A stretch of DNA of 64,000 bases from the IMG/VR virus record IMGVR_UViG_3300046167_000815, positions 15,212 through 79,211 of that record, one strand, 5' to 3'. Below are positions 61,395 to 64,000 of the stretch, piece by piece. Below the pieces are notes generated by a model, which worked only from the letters and a program-made list of their open reading frames with translations, had not been told where the DNA came from and did not search any database. The translations under genes and the position numbers were made by a program. Each line of letters starts with the position of its first letter. Within the stretch, counting starts at the first letter, position 1. Origin of the DNA: a virus.

Positions 61395-61647
61395 AGTTAT
61401 TAGAGTTTTAAAATTTGACGGGGGAACTATTTCCCACGCCAGATTTTAGTAGGGGTCGTTGACTGTGCTGGTCTCCACGATTAAGACATTTATGTTTTCA
61501 AAAAAAAATTATTAGAGGGGGGGTATGTTAGATCTGTATTTAGTTTATCATTAGTATTCTCGACCTTAAAAATATATTATATCGGATATACCACATACAC
61601 ATAAAATGTATACGGTATAACCTAAAGGTTTTACCTTATATACTAAT

Positions 61648-61962
61648 TGCTATCATGAATGTAACAGTAAAAAGAGTTAACTATCTGATAATAAAGATAT
61701 TCTGAAAAATCGTACTGTTACGTTTGGTTGGCTATTACTGTTACGTTTATAACAGTAGTGGCCTAAGAGAAAACTATGGTCAGTACTGTTACGTTTATGA
61801 TAGTACGTCCTGTAAAACAATTTTAACTTGCAAGTATTTTATAAATTATTTTTCCATAATACCATTATTATACTGTCTACTATCATTATTTGATATTATT
61901 ACTATCATGTTTGTAATAGTAACTAAACTTTTATATATTTGTACTATCATTATTTGATAGAA
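61648..61962. repeat. Array of palindromic operators/iterons TRCTRTYA-N5/6-TRAYAGTA
   Basis: Copies at 61648-61669, 61736-61757, 61784-61805 and 61900-61921. N5 variants at 61878 and 61942, half site at 61713. Confidence 0.75.
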
Positions 61963-61977
61963 AAAGATATATTTGTA

Positions 61978-62274
61978 ATGTTCAAACGAAGAAACAGAAA
62001 AGTGATTACAGTTTATTTAGACACTAAAGAAAGTATTTTACTAAAATCAAAGGACAAAACCTTTCATGTATTGTACTACATCTTAAATCAAACTGATATG
62101 GAGAAACATATTTGGTATGCTGATAAGATACACAAAGAAAAAATTATGAATAAGCTAGAAATATCCCCCGTGACATTGGATAAACATATTAGCTCCCTAA
62201 AACAACGTGGTCTTATTATTACTACTTCAGTAAGAGGAAGGTATAGACTAAACATGCATGTATTTTCAACGTAA
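61978..62274 (+). CDS. RepL-like winged-HTH protein
   Basis: KLEISPVTLDKHISSLKQRGLI...RGRYRLN. ATG 61978 follows TATATTTG. Confidence 0.65.
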   Translation: MFKRRNRKVITVYLDTKESILLKSKDKTFHVLYYILNQTDMEKHIWYADKIHKEKIMNKLEISPVTLDKHISSLKQRGLIITTSVRGRYRLNMHVFST

Positions 62275-62296
62275 TTAATAATTAAATATAAATAAG

Positions 62297-62570
62297 ATGG
62301 CAAAAGCAAAAACGGCTACTAAGGCAAAAGGAGAAGAAAACTTAGAAGTACAAGAGCTAGAGCAAGAGGTAACCTCAGATTCTTTAGCAGATTTAACACC
62401 TTCAGAGTATGCAGGCATATCGTAAGCTACAAAGAGACGAGTGTGGCGCTAAGATTAATGATTTGCTACGTGAGTATGGAGTTGATCTATCTGCTAAGAT
62501 GATTATAGGCCCTGGAGAAATAGTTCCACAAGTTATTTTAATTGATGCCCGCCCACAGGGAGACTTATAA
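62297..62570 (+). CDS. Hypothetical protein (frameshift near 62415)
   Basis: MAKAKTATK... joins RDECGAKINDLLREYGVDL...PQVIL. Confidence 0.5.
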
Positions 62571-62708
62571 TAGTAAAGATTTGGAGTCTTTGTTTGAAAG
62601 AGAAGAAAGGCTCCGTCTTTATTTAAAGGATTACTGTTTAGAAAAATCTAAAAAAATAGAAACAGAATTTTTAATAGGAAAAGATTCGTTTACATTAAAA
62701 ATTAAAAT

Positions 62709-63095
62709 ATGGAATTAAAAACAAAACAACAATCAGATCAGTTATATAGTATTCTAGACGCAGTAATAGAAGGAGTTAATATGTCTATGCAACGTCAAGG
62801 CACAGGACTTTCTTTTGAGTATTCTATAAAAGCAGAAGTACCTAAAGACAAAAAAGATAAAAAAGTGCCGTATAGATTTACTATGAAAGTAAGAGAAATG
62901 GGACATGGAGAAAGAGAACTCCAGACTATACCTTTTATAAAACCTGAGTCTATGGATAAATTTGCTATGGAAGTAAACGTAATTATGGCAGTATTTACTA
63001 TTTTAGCAGAGCATACTGTTTTGAACTGGCTTGAGTTAGGTAAGATTTTAAATACAGATTCACAGATGCAAAAAATAGCACTGGAGAAAAAATAG
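62709..63095 (+). CDS. Hypothetical protein
   Basis: Packed 128-aa ORF. Confidence 0.6.
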   Translation: MELKTKQQSDQLYSILDAVIEGVNMSMQRQGTGLSFEYSIKAEVPKDKKDKKVPYRFTMKVREMGHGERELQTIPFIKPESMDKFAMEVNVIMAVFTILAEHTVLNWLELGKILNTDSQMQKIALEKK

Positions 63096-63097
63096 TT

Positions 63098-63676
63098 ATG
63101 AAACAGCATATCATAAACATACCAACAGATAATAGTAAAATATACAGACAGATCCTGTCGTTTATGAACTTTCTTATGGGAGCGACTGAACAGGAACGAG
63201 CTGTGTTGGCTGAGTTGATTGTATTGAACCATGAATACGAAGCGTTGCCTGAAGATAAACGAGCTAAGTTTATTTTAAGTACTGATATGCGTAAAGAAGT
63301 AAGAGCCAAATTAGATATTGAAGAAAAGCAATATAATGGTTTGATACTGAGATTAAAAAAGATAAAATATTTAGGTGAGCCTGTATTGAGCAAGGACGGA
63401 GTTGTAAATGCTGGATTGTTATTTAAGCCAGACGACAAAGGTTTGCAGATACAAATTAATATGATAATGAGTAGGCAACCATTATCTAGAGAATCTACTA
63501 AAGAAAAGGTAGAGGAGAAAATAGAAGAGACCGTAAGCACGGAGGAGAAAACGACAGCACAAGAGCCAGAGGAGACAGCACCTCGTAAGTTGGCTCCTCC
63601 TGCTAATGGTAAAGACACTATAATTGGTTCTAGTATTGATATGGATGATATTGTAATACTAGGAGCACCAGAATGA
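63098..63676 (+). CDS. Putative winged-HTH protein
   Basis: TEQERAVLAEL...RKEVRAKLDIEEKQYNGLILRLKK. Confidence 0.5.
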   Translation: MKQHIINIPTDNSKIYRQILSFMNFLMGATEQERAVLAELIVLNHEYEALPEDKRAKFILSTDMRKEVRAKLDIEEKQYNGLILRLKKIKYLGEPVLSKDGVVNAGLLFKPDDKGLQIQINMIMSRQPLSRESTKEKVEEKIEETVSTEEKTTAQEPEETAPRKLAPPANGKDTIIGSSIDMDDIVILGAPE

Positions 63677-63930
63677 AAAAACAAAAAAAAATAATAAACG
63701 ACTTAGCCGCTGCCCATAATATATCTATTGGCCATGCTGAAGAAATTTTTAGTTTGTTTGTAGAAAAAATTGCTAGTACTATGTCAGAACCTAATAAATT
63801 AGTAGACGGTTTGTACGACATAGATAATTTTCCTACTATACACATAGATAATTTGGGAAAGTTTGTACCAGACTCAAGAAAAATACATCACGCTAATATT
63901 CAATTAGAAAAGAAAAAGAATGGACACTAG
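63673..63930 (+). CDS. HU/IHF-like protein
   Basis: IINDLAAAHNIS...TIHIDNLGKF. Confidence 0.6.
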   Translation: MKKQKKIINDLAAAHNISIGHAEEIFSLFVEKIASTMSEPNKLVDGLYDIDNFPTIHIDNLGKFVPDSRKIHHANIQLEKKKNGH

Positions 63931-64000
63931 TATATTTGAAACTAATTTTTGGAAAGCGCACCCTGAATTAATGTTAGCTCCAAAAATATCTAATCTACAT
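63920..64000 (+). CDS. Start of the next gene (partial)
   Basis: MDTSIFETNFWKAHPELMLAPKISNL is open to the window end. Confidence 0.5.
   Translation, partial: MDTSIFETNFWKAHPELMLAPKISNLH

Larger units (their letters stand above)
60992..61468. repeat. Dispersed ~28-bp repeat (60992-61019, 61441-61468; partial 61054-61070)
   Basis: AGATTTAGTAGGTGTCGTGGGACTGTGC, AGATTTTAGTAGGGGTCGTTGACTGTGC, and GTGTCGTCTGACTGTGC. Confidence 0.7.

Noticed and set aside
61648-61962. CRISPR mini-array
   Set aside because: Units are short degenerate palindromes with irregular spacing, there are no uniform spacers, and no cas genes are present. The PD-(D/E)xK nuclease sits in a recombination context.
58985-61977. 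tRNA genes, introns or inteins
   Set aside because: No cloverleaf or T-loop consensus was noticed in intergenic DNA, and PolA, DnaB and ligase are normal length with contiguous motifs. This was not verified by tRNAscan.
8707-63845. Numerous antisense or overlapping ORFs in the track (e.g. 19952-20344, 43768-44220, 61054-61290, 61724-61957, 62998-63684)
   Set aside because: They are shadows of long genes on the opposite strand or run through repeat DNA, and show no motifs or plausible initiation context.
1-64000. Stop-codon reassignment (TAG or TGA) as in some gut crAss-like phages
   Set aside because: Multi-kb ORFs are intact in code 11, and the breaks are resolved by frame change rather than readthrough.

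Overview
AT-rich (roughly 30% GC by eye) 64-kb piece of a lytic crAss-like (Crassvirales-type, phi14:2-like) podophage, probably infecting Flavobacteriia/Bacteroidota. The taxonomy is inferred from gene order and motifs, not from a search. There are three blocks. (1) + strand 1-37849: tail-fibre/small-protein cassettes, holin and spanin-like lysis genes, an RNase H-fold exonuclease, ring, IHF-like, tail-tubular and muzzle genes, then five very large ejected proteins including a 3156-aa virion RNA polymerase (DFDID). (2) - strand 37894-61394: spore-photoproduct-lyase-like radical SAM enzyme, a catalytically altered UDG, PD-(D/E)xK nuclease, RusA-like resolvase, MoxR/vWA module, primase, SSB, AAA_24 ATPase, DnaB, SF2 helicase, amidase, ligase, PolA and small early genes. 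(3) a divergent control region at about 61.0-62.0 kb, followed by + strand RepL-like and IHF-like genes. About 20 single-base frameshifts, mostly in homopolymers, split otherwise intact genes and are treated as sequencing errors. The best novelty candidates are: a putative UV-repair module (SPL-like enzyme with the H-donor Cys, a CxxCGS microprotein and a pseudo-UDG); an ejected protein built from modules delimited by about 16 'aromatic-x-x-GG' motifs and carrying two muralytic domains; an H-type pseudoknot upstream of the SSB locus; a 28-bp repeat that may be the virion-RNAP promoter; and a palindromic operator array before the RepL-like gene.
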